Positions 24,471-37,956 of a stretch of DNA of 64,000 nucleotides are shown here, piece after piece. Both the position numbers and the translations under genes were made by a program. Numbering within the stretch: position 1 is the first letter of the stretch; the number at the start of each line of letters is the position of its first letter. The notes under the pieces were generated by a model, which saw nothing but the letters and a program-made list of their open reading frames with translations, ran no database searches and was not told the DNA's origin. The DNA comes from Octopus sinensis (taxonomy: Eukaryota), in the NCBI RefSeq assembly GCF_006345805.1, contig NC_042997.1, positions 78,058,001 through 78,122,000 of the forward strand. Direction: 5' to 3'.

Positions 24471-25254
24471 TTAATACAAAAATTCCTTTTACAGGACACA
24501 TCAATTTTCAGAAAATTGTTTTCAAAATTGACAAAAAATATTTTTAGTCAAAAATATCTTCCACAAAAAATAATTATTAAACAGTATTATTTTTTACCCT
24601 GTAAAAGGGTAAAAATTAAAGTTTGTAGTTCAATAATAACAGAATAACTTGTTAATAATCCAACAAGAAGCGGGTGGTGATTTATTCTTTATTATGATAT
24701 ATATTATTTCAGGCCTGATGGTTTACGCGGAACACGTGCTGTCTCAGTTAGGAAGAGTACAGCTATCAGCTGAATGTACCGCCATCCGGACTGTCAAAGG
24801 AAGGGGAGGTTTGTTTGTTATGCACAGTTGCGGTTTTGAAAGAGTGCATATGGAAAACGAGAATAAAAGGAGTCGTGACGGAAACCTTAATCTCCGGCCT
24901 TGGTTTGCTCTACTATTTCTGATATCATCTGAAGAGCAAGATAGGGCTGGAGAAGGGACGCCTGTCGCGAAGCGTATATGAGAAAAAATGAAAGGATGTG
25001 GTGAGGAAGTTGGGTATGAATGACCTTGCTTAAATGCATAGTAAATTCGTGCGGTGTAGCCGGTGGACTTTCCGGCCAAAAAGTGAATGAATTCATTGTT
25101 ATTAAAACTCATCATAAATATATATAATTTTATACTTTTAACAGCATAAATCAAACGAATTCTTGAACCTTACATGTTTGTAACGTCGTGTGGTGACCCC
25201 TCTATGTTGGATTATTTTATCATAATAAAGAATAAATCCCCAGCCAGTGATTGC

Positions 25255-25299
25255 CACACGCTGATGACGGGTTATTACCCAGAAACTCCAGTCCGTGTG
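25255..25299 (+). ncRNA. Minimal type I hammerhead ribozyme motif (class A)
   Basis: CACACG-CUGAUGA-C-GGGU-UAUU-ACCC-A-GAAAC-UCCA-GUC|CGUGUG: perfect 6-bp stem I, canonical core, GUC triplet. Confidence 0.8.
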
Positions 25300-25517
25300 T
25301 ATCACGACAGGTTGGAGATGGGAACGATAATTTCCCTTTGCAAATACTGATAGGGCACAGACAGTATGTCAATAGCCAGCTGGATGAGATGCCTTTCTGG
25401 GGCTATAAACTACAGTAGCATCGTCTCTTATGGGTCAGTCACAGTTAGGTGGCGAATATACTTCACGATGTCGTGCTGCTACTGTTTATATCTCGCTCAG
25501 AGATTTATTATTGCAAA

Positions 25518-25518
<1 letters not shown>

Positions 25519-25601
<83 letters not shown>
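25519..25601. repeat. (AAT)n microsatellite following the class A HHR element
   Basis: Direct reading. Confidence 0.98.
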
Positions 25602-25602
<1 letters not shown>

Positions 25603-25943
25603 TGTATATATATATGGGTACAGGACGTCACCAACAGTAAACAACATGGAGTACGCAAACAACGAGAGAAAAAAAAAGGAAAACAGAACAAGTAACACCA
25701 AGAACGACCCTTCAACAGTTGTCGGCTGTCTATCTACCCCTCATTTTGAGCATTCAACACCAATATGTGTCTTCGAAGACAGTTGCTCCCATAAATTCCA
25801 AAATAAAATTTTGGATTTATGGAGAGTCAAAGTTAGGAACAAAAACAGGACAGTAGAGACATACAAAGAAAACGAACGAAAACAAACATGGAGAGTCGTT
25901 AGACGAGAACGAAAAGAATTAGCGAACGCTGGCAGAAATATTT

Positions 25944-26107
25944 ACGACGGGTTTCCTTCAGTTTCCGTCTACCAAATCCACTCACAAGGCTTTGGTCGGC
26001 CCGAGGCTATAATAGAAGACACTTGCTCAAGGTGCCACGCAGTGGGACTTAATTCTGAACCAGGTGGTTGGGAAGCAAGCTCCTTACCACACAGCCACAC
26101 CTGTGCC
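25944..26107 (-). mobile_element. Abundant tRNA-derived CORE-like SINE, 5' half
   Basis: Minus strand GGCACAGGTGTGGCTGTGTGGTAAG..CCTTGAGCAAGTGTCTTC..GGAAACTGAAGGAAACCCGTCG; same family as 33564, 47008, 51714 and 54146. Confidence 0.85.
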
Positions 26108-27096
26108 ATATATATAGTATATATAATCTAAAAATATTCACTCTATATAATCGTATCTAAGTTGTAAAGGTTGCAGTCGTGTAAAAGTAATATCCCTAAG
26201 TTAGTGTTAAATCTTCGTACAAATATCTCCCCTTAAAAGTTTAAGCTTTACCATGTGCAAGTCACTCCAGTTTTCTCAATTAAAGTCAAGTACAAAATAG
26301 TATGACTTGTATAAGAGTAAAAACGGTGTGTGTGTGTGCGTGCGTGCGTGCGTGTGTGTGTGTGTGTGTCTGTGTGTGTCTGTGCCTGTGTCTGTGTGTT
26401 CCAGTACACGAACTGTTTCATGTTAACGTCATTTTAATAGCAATAATCATGGTGAGTTGCTGCAGAATTTATTTTAGATATTCATTTTAGATTTCCAGTC
26501 AAGTTTAGATATTTAGGTCAATAAATACACTGTATAACTGCATCCAGGTTAGTATATATTAAAAAATCTATAATTGGTTTATAGTTCGTTTATGTCTAGT
26601 AACAACAGCTTCGTTAAATAGTTAACGGGAGATAAATATTACAGTGTTAATTCTTCCGCGCTTTTACTTTTGTAGCTTCGTTATAAAACGGAAATAGGAA
26701 GAAATATTAAGAAAATTATACGGCGTGTATGCATCATTGTATGTATGTATGTATGTATGTATGTATGTATGTTGATGTCTATAGACATCAAACATACATA
26801 AACTTTCTCACGCGTAACGCCTGTATTTTCCGAAAATGTAATTTTGCCAAATAAATTGCACTTCATATTCAAGGCTCCGATGAAGCTATAGGATATTTTC
26901 CGGGTACTCAACTAAGAGTCCACCGCATCATGTAGAAGAAACAGCTGTAAGCTAATGAAATCCATTACATAACTTTTGTTTTGTTTTTGCCGGTGTCATC
27001 TCTTTGTTCTTATTACCACTCTATACTCATCTAACATTGTGTTCTGAAGCATATGTATATTGAGTTCTACACCAGCTATGCCTAAGCAAAATATTG

Positions 27097-27158
<62 letters not shown>

Positions 27159-27284
27159 CCGTATATAATGTATGAGCCACGAAAAATATATTAGACATTC
27201 AGAAGATTCATGTACATAGATACATAGATACTTACATATAGAAGTAAAAATATTCAGCATAGCAAAAAAAAAAAAAAAAAAAAT

Positions 27285-28046
27285 ACCATGCATGGGTATG
27301 TTTCTCGTAGACTTGGAGAAAATATCAACATTAACATGAAGGGAAGCCTCTCATGGACTCGTGGCTGCTACATCACATCACACTTCGACGGGTATGTATT
27401 TGCAATCCAAGAACAGGATATTACTATTGTCAGTAAAAGAGACAGCAAAAGAGACAGTGAAGCCCTAGGAGTTCCAAGATGCTACCGTAAATGTAGATTA
27501 TGTCATATTTCTGTGGAAGACATTTCACATGTGATTAACAGCTGCTCAAAAATGCCATCAAGGTACCTCCCTATGCGACATGATCTCGCAAAAACAATAT
27601 ACAATGCCATTTGGAAAAAAAGACTGCCTTGGAATAGATATAGAGAATCCCCTTGTTACTGAATACGCACACAAATACCAGCAGAAGGAAACTGGTGGAA
27701 CATTCCCATCAAAACATCAGTCAAGTGTAAACATAACAGGCTGGATGTTTGAGACAGACAAGTAAAAGTATGTACTGTCATAGAGGTCAGCTGTTCTGCT
27801 GGTGTGAATATCTATTTGAAAATCAAAGAGAAAGAAGATAACTATGGACAGCGGCTTCGAAACCTCCAGCTCCTATATCCGGATTACAGATTTACATTCA
27901 TACCAATAATAATTGGACCACTTGGTTTTGTAAGTAAGCTTGAATTTTCAGAAAAAGAAATCAACCAACTGATTCGTACATTACAAATACAATCTGTAAG
28001 TGGAACAGTAAAAGTATGCAATACTTTTCTTAGGTTTAAAACATGA
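27285..28046 (+). mobile_element. 5'-truncated R4/Dong-clade LINE (zinc finger and RLE endonuclease), frameshifted
   Basis: DGYVFAIQEQ..CRLC..EDISHVINSC..RHD; IIEVSC..KIKEKEDNY..IIPIIIGPLG. Confidence 0.8.
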
Positions 28047-28129
28047 CATTGTTTTCGTTATCTACATTCCAAAGATGGAACTTTGTATCTTTGTTAGAAA
28101 CCAGTTCCTTCTTCATAGGATGACTTTAA

Positions 28130-28690
28130 ATGATTAAATACAGAATAGATATATATTTATGTACGTATATAAACGTGTTTTACTCTTATTGCTTATATTT
28201 ACACTTTCTTTTACACATTTTTCTGTATTTTGCATTTAGCCCTATTTTTTCTTGTGCATGTGCATATATAGACGTGTGTATGAACTTTTTTGTGTGCGTG
28301 TGTGTGTACGAGCGTGTATGTATTTGGCGAATGTGTGGGTGAGCCTGTATGTGTTTCAAGTGAGGGTGGATGAGTATATACATATATGCGCATGTACGTG
28401 GGTGTGCAAGAGCGCATGTATATGTATGGACATGCGCACTTACGCGATTACTATGAACATTTTTACTCCCTTACCTTTACTCCCTCCCCTTACTTAGCGG
28501 TCATTCTAATAGCCCTTTTATCTTAATAAAGGTCAATCACACAGTAATTTCCCTTTGTTTTAACGGTCATTTCCATAGCATTTTTTCGATGGCTCGATAA
28601 CTGAAGAGATGCTAGTGTGGGTTTCCGCCCCGACATCCGAAACTCGTAGTTTTATCATGGCTACTGAATAATTGTCACATATTATATTTA
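28130..28690 (+). mobile_element. Solo 3' UTR/pLTR fragment of the Penelope-1 family
   Basis: Aligns by eye with about 15050-15840 (CATGTGC.TATATAGACGTGT; TTAACGGTCATTT.CATAGCA; CCGCCCCGACA.CCGAAACTCG). Confidence 0.7.
28596..28656 (+). ncRNA. Hammerhead-like motif (class B)
   Basis: GAUAA-CUGAAGA-GAUG...CAUC-C-GAAA-CUCGUA-GUU|UUAUC; perfect 5-bp stem I; stem II has a bulge. Confidence 0.55.
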
Positions 28691-28983
28691 CAGATAAATT
28701 CCTCTATGTACATGATATCGAGGTCCTTTTCATTTTGTTGTCTTGCCATTTCTAACAATAAAAAGAGACATATGTGTGTGTGTGTATGCGTGTGCGTGTG
28801 CGCGCGCTTGTGTGTGTGCTCACAGAGGAGCAAAAAGAGCAAAACAAGTTGGAAAAAATTGTACTCTAATACCAAAGAGTAACATATTTTTATTAAAGCT
28901 TCAAAATTATCAAAGAAATATTACTCGGAGTTTCACGTTCCCGTGCATATGTATATACACACACACACACACTCACACACACG

Positions 28984-29016
<33 letters not shown>

Positions 29017-29139
29017 ATATGTAGTGAGAATTTACAAAAAAAAGACGAAGTCGCGTGTGTAAACAACAAACAGATGTTTTAGTTTAACGCTCGGAAAGTG
29101 AGAAAATCCTGTGGCATGCAATGACCGGGTGCTATTATC

Positions 29140-30058
29140 TCACTGGACATTGTTGTGGTGAATGAAACAGAAAGAATATGCATGATAATCAACATCATAC
29201 TCAGTAACAAAACAGGCAAAGGAATATCTAAGTGAATTCCAAATGCAGCAAATTCCAGAATTAGACATACAGGAAACAAGCACAGAAAAAGCTAAGCGTA
29301 TGAAAACCCGTACTAAAACTGCTGCCTTAGATATTCTTACTGATAAATGGCAAGAAAAAGCTCCCAATGGCAAATACTCAAACAGAGCTAATAGTGCCAG
29401 TGTTGACAAAGTCCTTACCCATTAATGGTTAGTGTCTTCTGGCTAAAAATCAGAGACAGAAGGGTTTATCATAGCAACCCAAATCAATGCCTACCTACAA
29501 GGAGCTGCCAGGTCAACATTTTAAAGAACGGCAGTAGTCCAACATGTCATGCATGTCAACAACAAAATGAAACCATTGATCATGTTGTCTCCATGTGCAG
29601 TCTTCTCGCGCCTATAGAGTATCTCAAAAGGCATGATAGAGCAACACAATATATTCACTGGGTAATTTGCAAAAACTTGGACCTGCTCCATGATAAAAAC
29701 TGATGGGAACACAAACCACGACCAGTGCTTGAAAATGACCACATTCACTCCTCTGGAATTTCACCGTTCAAACTGACAGAAAGATAGGTGCAAATATGCC
29801 AGACATTATATTGAAGGACTTCAGACAAAAATCATGCCTCCTCATTGATATGACTGTCCCAATCGACATATATGTATCTGTCAAGCCCTACTAAAAACTG
29901 AGCAAGTATAAAGATCTTGAAATATAAATTGGCAAAATGTGGAACCTCAAGGCTAAAACAATATTTGTTGTCAAAGGTGCCCTTGGAATGATAGCAAACG
30001 GGGCTGATTCCTATCTAGCTCAAATACCAGGGAACCCCAAAATGGCAGAAATTCAAAA
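29140..30058 (+). mobile_element. R4/Dong-clade LINE C-terminal fragment, degraded
   Basis: KWQEKAPNGKY..CHACQQQNETIDHVVSMC..EYLKRHD; PDIILKD..LLIDMTVP; KYKDLEI; GALGMI..IPG. Confidence 0.85.
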
Positions 30059-32225
30059 TCTGCCAGTTGTGATTTTTCACATAAAACAATAAACTGTTTT
30101 TTAATTACACACCACTGAATATAAATAATCCTTTTAATGACCGATGTAAAACTTGATATACCGGAGAGTGAAATGAACAAAGGATAAAGAACTTGTGAGA
30201 TGAAAGTCATATAATACTGAGGAATCAATTTTCATTTACATTTTGTCAGATTAATTTCCTAAATTTAAATGTTTATCATTAATTTCTCACATTCCTTTAA
30301 AGATAAAGCAGAAGGGAAGTCGATTCAATCGGGTTCCAGTACATGACTGGTGTTATATCTATTGATAACGGGTGTGATTTGAACAAAACTACTTATTACG
30401 AAGCTTAGCAACTACAATTGCTTCTGTTGAAAAATCTTAACATTTGACTCAGAATGAATAAAAAGATAGCTAAGTATATAAATATATTTTGAACTGCTAA
30501 GAAGTATAGCCATTCCTTTCTGAAACAACTTGCTATGTGTGAATATTTCCCTTACCGTGTGTGTGTGTGTGTGTGTGTGTGTATTTGTGAATGTGCGTGC
30601 TTTGTGCGCATGTGTATAGCTGTTTTCATCTTTCTTATAATCTATGGCTTGCCCGACATACACCATGTTGAACAGAAATGAATGATGTACTAATTTCCTT
30701 GAAATCATCAATGTTTCATTTTGAAAGAAAGAAAAATTGCACGTTAACTCTCATAGGTACGACGAGAGCGTGGAAACTCAAGTACACAAACGTAACAAAA
30801 GCAATGGCGGCACCTAATTTGGTGGGCTGAATATGTTATATGATAGAAATAACAGTAGTGGCGCACAAGCTATTTGGCTTGTGCGTTTCTGACTCTCTAC
30901 CAATTAAGAAGTGCTTACAATTGCTGTACCATCATAGATGTATTGGAATGTACGATGTGTTTGGCAGAGGCTTAACTACCATCGTAGACTGAGTTTGTGT
31001 TTATGTGTAGATGCGTGTGTGTTTGCGTGTATGTGTGTGAGTTCTCTGTATCCATTTTTTACTTATTTTTTATTATCTTTTGGTACCCGATGACAGAATT
31101 CTGCAAGTTGAAAGGATGAAAGTTCAAATATCTTGAGATTATTCATATTCCTAAGGTTGAAGCGAATATAGTTCTTTCCGCTTCCACTGTTATTACTTTT
31201 TCTTTCTTTCCTTTGTTTTGTTTCTTCTTTCCGTTTTTCTTCACTTCCTTCTTTTCTTTCTTCTTTTTCTTTTTTCTTTTCTTTAATTCTTTATTTCCTA
31301 TCTAAACTTCCTTCCACTCCTTAGAATCAAGTAAAATTTATTGATTTCTTCTTACCACTCACAAGGCCTCAATTATTGTTGGGTGCGTATAACTGTCGAA
31401 GTAGTAACACCACTTAATTAATCGACACCAAACTCATCCTAAAATATTGATATTAGTGGATATCGAAAAGAATAACCTCCCGCCAAACAGAAACCAAAAC
31501 TCAATTCTATAACAGTATACTTAGCACAAGTTTAATTGCAACAGATCCTTGAATTATTTGTTGATTTCCTTTGGACTGTATACAGTCGGCTGGATTGATT
31601 GATTTCAATATATTACTGGGCCACTAGACGTCGAACCAGTTACAATAAACTGACCAGTTACGACGAGCTCTATTGTTACTTAAAGTTTCACTATCTGGAA
31701 TATGTTTGTCAATATATAAAGTTTTCTGTTTTAAGAAAGAAATGGGATTTCTGATGTACGGCTTTTATCCGCCGTAGAGTAAAATAAATAGTGAAATATT
31801 TATGATTGGAAATTAAAATCTTGCTTTAGTCTATATTTGTCGGTAGTTTATTTCCTCAATATTAAGGAATACCAGACTAATTGAATAATAGGAAGTGTGA
31901 CGTTCTTGGGTTTCCTATGAGATTTAGTAATGAATAGGGATTTAGTAATGAAAGTGAAGTTAAATAGCAACACTCTATCGTATTCATCGCTTATAAATGC
32001 CACTGCTTTGGCTTTTCTGTTTCGCGTGGGTTTGGAAGGATTTAAGCTCAGCAACGCAAGAAAAAAGAAACATGTTGCAATTAACTAGAACCCCTACTTA
32101 TCAAAATAGTCAACAGAATCTCCACCTGGTGTGTGTGTGACGATGAAACTAATATCTCGAGAACAAATCTTATTATTTTGAGTTTTTCATCTTGCTTCCA
32201 CACATTTTGTCGCTATGTTGTTTAT

Positions 32226-32580
32226 CTATATATATAAAACTGAGAATGTGTGTGTGTGTGTCTGTCTGTGTGAATCACTAAAACTTGAGAACCACACAAC
32301 CAATTTCATTCAAATTTTACACATGCCTTACTTAGGGTCCATGTAGTGTCATGGGCAAAAAATTTAACTTCTTGCATAGGGCGATCCCACAGCAATATCA
32401 TATCTTCTCCACTATTTCAATATTACGTGCCAAAAGTGAAGGAAAAACATCTCTCTATTGTAATGTCAGATACTTTCACTTTAATACTGAAACTATTACT
32501 TAAAGTGAAACAGGGATGAACTGTAACTGGACATCCATTCTACTAGAAGAAGATCTGCTATGGTCTTATATGCTACACCA
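32226..32580 (+). mobile_element. Possible non-autonomous Helitron-type 5' end
   Basis: TCTATATATATAAAA, a short GT tract, then ACCAATTTCATTCAAATTTT, the usual layout of such 5' ends. No convincing 3' hairpin/CTRR end found. Confidence 0.4.
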
Positions 32581-32653
32581 CTGGTTTTAAATTCATACTA
32601 ATCAAATTTATATTCAATTTTTCACCCTTATTATTTTAAATTTAAATTTACAA

Positions 32654-32701
<48 letters not shown>

Positions 32702-32752
32702 ACATACATATAGATGTATATATATATATATAGATGTATATATATATATGTA

Positions 32753-33094
32753 TCAAACTAAAATCATTGAACAAGCAAATACAAAGTCAACCGCATGTCA
32801 TTTCATAATTCGAACATTTAATTATAGAATAAACATATAACCCGCAAGATGAAACAAAATTCATATGTACAGCACGTAATAATAATAATAATATGGTATG
32901 GTGCGAGAAAAATTCTTATCATTAAAACTTAGAATTAATATTCTAGCGATTCAAAGAGAATACATTTATAAAAGGACGTAGAAAGTAAAATATAATATAA
33001 GTAATATATAAAAATATATAGGTATATAAAAATATAGGCATATAAAAATATATAAAACATATATAAATATATATACATATAGGAGCATATAAAA

Positions 33095-33155
<61 letters not shown>

Positions 33156-33234
33156 TGTAAATAAAGTAAAATAAGGTTCATCATTTAGGAATCTTAATCA
33201 GGTAAAATAAGCTTGTTCAATGATTTTAGTTTGA
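32753..33234. mobile_element. MITE with perfect 24-bp TIRs and TA flanks
   Basis: TA|TCAAACTAAAATCATTGAACAAGC ... GCTTGTTCAATGATTTTAGTTTGA|TA. Confidence 0.75.
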
Positions 33235-33563
33235 TATTTTTGTCTCTTCCAATAGAGCACTTCTATTGCAGTCCTATTAAACCTTTTTTTGTTCCTGACA
33301 AGAAACAATTATTGTATCGATATATATATATATGTATATATATATGGATGTATATATATGTATATATATACATGTATATATAGATGTATATGTATACATG
33401 TATATGTATAGAAGTATATGTATAGATGTATTTCTATGCATATAGATGTATATATTTATATATAAATGTACATGTAATATGTACACATATATATACACAT
33501 ATATACATGCATACATATATACACCCATACACACATACACACATACACACCCACACATACATA

Positions 33564-33930
33564 GGTGCAGGTGTGGCTGTGTGGTAACAAACTTGGTTCC
33601 AAAGCACATGGTCCAGAGTTCAGTCCCACTGTGTGGTAACTTGGCATGTGTCTTCGGCTATAGCCTTAGACCAACCAAAGCCTTGTCAGTGGATTTTGTT
33701 GACAGAAACTGAAAGAAATCAATTGTATATATATGTATGTATATATGTAAGTCTATGTGTGTGTCGTTCTGTTTCTCCCTCATCACTGCTTCACAACTGA
33801 AGTTCGTTTATTTACATCCCCATAACTTACTGGTTTCACAAGAAGAAACTGATAGAATAATTACCAGGCTCATCAAAATAAAAAAACCCACTAGGCAGTG
33901 TCTCATATTTTTGTTTGCCCACTCAGTTGT
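33564..33930 (+). mobile_element. tRNA-derived CORE-like SINE with internal microsatellite, diverged
   Basis: GGTGCAGGTGTGGCTGTGTGG head; GTTCAGTCCC B-box-like; downstream TTTACATCCCCATAACTTA body. Confidence 0.75.
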
Positions 33931-33945
33931 ATCGATCAATTTATC

Positions 33946-33985
<40 letters not shown>

Positions 33986-33986
33986 C

Positions 33987-34025
<39 letters not shown>

Positions 34026-34057
34026 CAAAAATAAGCAACAAGAATGACTCCGGTAAT

Positions 34058-34143
34058 TTGGTACAATTGTTTCGCACTACATCATTTTATTAAAAGTTGT
34101 AAGTATTACAGCAGATTTAAGATGCTGAGTGCTCATCAGCCAA
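34058..34143 (-). ncRNA. Type I hammerhead ribozyme motif (class C) in the 3' pLTR
   Basis: UUGG-CUGAUGA-GCAC-(51-nt loop)-GUGC-GAAAC-AAUU-GUA|CCAA; palindromic ACAAUUGU stem III. Confidence 0.88.
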
Positions 34144-35383
34144 TTATATAGGTTTTCCAATAATACAAAAGCTTTCAAATCAAGTTGTAACATTATAGAG
34201 AAGGTAGATATACAGATAAAGATGTAGATTTAAAGTTTAAGAACATATGAGGTTGTGAAGTCCAGCCACTGACTGACCAAGCTATGGCTGTGTCTAACAG
34301 CTATAAGATTAGAAGTAATAAAGATTTTTTTATTTGTAGGAATGAGGTAAGGGAGGTTTCAGAATACCATAAAAGGAATTCAAGTTGCCACTAACAAAAT
34401 GCCAATTACTGCTATTTGGTGAGAGGAACTAGGTCAATGTCAAATGGTCATTAATCCCCTTTACAGATAGTAGAGAAAAAACTATCACTTATTATTATGA
34501 GTAGGCATAGTATTTTATAACTGGGGGAAAGCTTTATTAATTTTAAAACTAGATTAGATTTAGAAAAAAATCCAATTTCAAGTTTACAGTGAAGTTTTTT
34601 TAGTCATCTATGAAAGTTAAATTGAAAGCTAGTATAGTATATTTCTTATTATTATTATAATAAAAAGTTAAAATTTGAAAAATATAGGAATACTCGCAAT
34701 TTTTATTTAAAGTATTTAAACGTTCCGGTTGTGGAATGTATGCAAGATAATCGCAACACCAGACGATTATTTAACAGATTTATATTAATCTGATGTTTTA
34801 AAATTTCATAAGTTTCCATAGAACAAAGTTGACAACCTTCCCTACTATTTCTATAAGGTTTCGCCCTTCTAACTATATCCCATTTTAGGTTGAATCCTAC
34901 ATTATTTGTTTTTAGTTCCCACATTTTGCTAGATAGTGTTGTGCAACCTGCCTTATGTTTTAGTCTAAAAGAGGGAAAATGATTGTTAAGACGTCTTTTA
35001 AAATCCACCGAACATCCGAAATAAAGAAAGCTATTGTTAGAAGTTATTATCGTGCATTTATAAATTACGTTTTGGACCGAACAACGACCAGATACCGGAC
35101 ATTTTGATCTAATCCTACAATTACAACTGAGGGGATAGTATTCAGCTCTGGAATTATTTAAGGATAGTTCACTCACATTACTGTTATTTAAATTATTATT
35201 AGTATTAGTATTACTTTCATTATTAGTGATCATGTTGTTATTCAAATTAGGGTTACTATTTATTAATTCATCTTCACCATCATTCCCACCTACCATCCTT
35301 TAATTATACTACCTATATTATTGGTATTGTTATTATCACTATTTATATCAATGTTGTTGTTGTTATTATTATTATTATTATTA

Positions 35384-35451
<68 letters not shown>

Positions 35452-35482
35452 CATCATTATTAATATTATTTTTATTTTTACA

Positions 35483-35545
<63 letters not shown>

Positions 35546-35546
<1 letters not shown>

Positions 35547-35880
35547 TATGTTTGACTTTTGCTTTATATTTGTACAAGTTGGCTCCAAGTCTCACCCAGA
35601 TACCTCAAGAGGCAACAGGTTAGAAGTTCGTACTGTTGTTATGCCTAGTGTGCCATATATTTGGTTTTGTATTTAGTGTTGTACTAGTGAATGCCAAAAA
35701 AACAAAACAAAAAAAAACGAGTTATGTTTGTTTTAAAACTTGAGGTTACATAGAAAGTATTTTGCGTAGGATATGAGCAGTTCCCATGAGCACTATCTTT
35801 TGAATTTCTGCCATATTGGGGTTTCCTGGTATCTGAGTTAGGTAGCGATCAGCCCATTTTGCTATCATTCTCAGGGCACC
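35546..35880 (-). mobile_element. 5'-truncated Dong/R4 3' end inserted in an (AAT)n tract inside Penelope 2
   Basis: Minus strand GALRMIAKWADRYLTQIPGNPNMAEIQKIVLMGTAHILRKILSM*, homologous to about 29975-30058; 200-nt 3' UTR; (AAT)n on both sides. Confidence 0.88.
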
Positions 35881-35883
35881 TTA

Positions 35884-35946
<63 letters not shown>

Positions 35947-37870
35947 ATTATTGTTATTTCTATTGTTAATGCTATTATTACAATTATTATTATTATCTTT
36001 GTTGTTACTGTTCATTCTACTCCTGGCTAACTTAATATTTTTACTTTTAAGTTTAGCTATTATGGCAGCCATGTTTGGGAGGGTTGAATATGAAATTCTT
36101 ACTGATCTCCTAGAAATTATTTTATGATATTTATGGGAGGCTGGGAAATTTTTTCCAGTATAGATTTAAATCTACTGTACACATTCGTCGAGATCGCCCA
36201 ATTAATGGGGATATTTAGCCAAATGATATTTTCTCTTTTATATTTTTTGTTTAAGTACGAGTGGGAAGGATTAGTGTTATCAGTATTCGCACGAGAATTA
36301 TTATTCCTTTTACTACTATTTTTATGCCTATCAGATTTACCTAGGTTAGCATTTTCATATTTATTTATGATCTGTTCCCTATTTTTATTCCTATAATTTG
36401 GTTTATACGCTAGGTTATTTTTCTCCATTAATTTATGTTTATGTTTATGGAGTTATTATTACTTACGTCATTTACATCCACTTCATTATTTGGGAGATTT
36501 GAACTATCCTTATCAAGAAAGGTGATTTCTTGGTCATATTCCGCCTTGGATAATGCGATATTGTAATGGTTAGAGTGAGAGTTAAATATATCACTATTAG
36601 ATGATAATTTTGAAATTCTTTGGGAAATATTTCTAACTAATGATTTTAGTATATTCGTGATATAATTAGATGACTTACTTACATATCTAGTGACCTCACC
36701 CTCCTTTCTAAATGGGTAATGTAACTTTGAATTTAGGTCTAAGGTAACATCTAGGAAATTAGCTATCTTCGTGTTAGGTTCATAAGTAATGCCTAGGTTA
36801 AAATCTTTAAAACATTTATTAATTTTCTTTTTTATCCTCTCAATACTTGATTTACTATTGCTAAGTACAACGAACAAAGCATCATCCCTATATAGACCAC
36901 CTTGTAACTCAGGGATATCTCTGTTTATGCATTTTAATAAGTATGCTCCGACAGTTATCACCGCTGAGTCACTAGAGCCCATAGGTATATCAAAATTATT
37001 AGGGGTATTCGCCCTAGTCCATAATTTACATTCAAATTCAATGATAGTTTTTCTAGCTAATAGAATGATGTCAATTTCCTCTCTAGATACGAGAGAGCGA
37101 TTCATAGCAAAAATAAGCGATTTACTTAGTAGAATGGGGGATATACTAGAATAGTAATTGTTAATATCAAATTGGATAACAGAAATTCTATTAGTGTTAT
37201 CTAGAGATTTAAACCAATCTATCACTTCATCTGTATTAATCCATAGACTCCCTTGAGTCTATCTTGCATACATTCCACAACCGGAACGTTTAAATACTTT
37301 GAATAAAAATTGTGAGTATTCCTATATTTTTCAAATTTTAACTTTTTATTATAATAATAATAAGAAATATACTATACTAGCTTTCTATTTCAATTTAACT
37401 TTCATAGATGACTAAAAAAATTCACTGTAAACTTGAAATTGGATTTTTTTCTGAATCTAATCTAGTTTTAAAATTAATAAAGCTTTCCCCCAGTTATAAA
37501 ATACTATGCCTACTCATAATAATAAGTGATAGTTTTTTTCTCTACTATCTGTAAAGGGGATTAATGACCATTTGACATTGACCTAGTTCCTCTCACCAAA
37601 TAGCAGTAATTGGCATTTTGTTAGTGGCAACTTGAATTCCTTTTATGGTATTCTGAAACCTCCCTTACCTCATTCCTACAACTAAAAAATCTTTATTACT
37701 TCTAATCTTATAGCTGTTAGATACAACCATAGCTTGGTCAGTCAGTGGCTGGACTTCACAACCTCATATGTTCTTAAACTTTAAATTTACATCTTTATCT
37801 GTATATCTACCTTCTCTATAATGTTACAACTTGATTTGAAAGATTTTGTATTATTGGAAAACCTATATAA

Positions 37871-37956
37871 TTGGCTGATGAGCACTCAGCATCTTAAATC
37901 TGCTGTAATACTTACAACTTTTAATAAAATGATGTAGTGCGAAACAATTGTACCAA
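37871..37956 (+). ncRNA. Type I hammerhead ribozyme motif (class C) in the inverted 5' pLTR
   Basis: Same fold as 34058-34143; predicted cleavage after A37952. Confidence 0.88.

Noticed and set aside
29020-29105. Fragment resembling another PLE-tail repeat
   Set aside because: Single truncated copy here with no ribozyme core; cannot be supported from this window.
31440-32060. Possible promoter (E2F-like CCCGCCAAA, ETS-like GGAAGT, TGACG)
   Set aside because: Short motifs expected by chance; no linked exon or CpG island.
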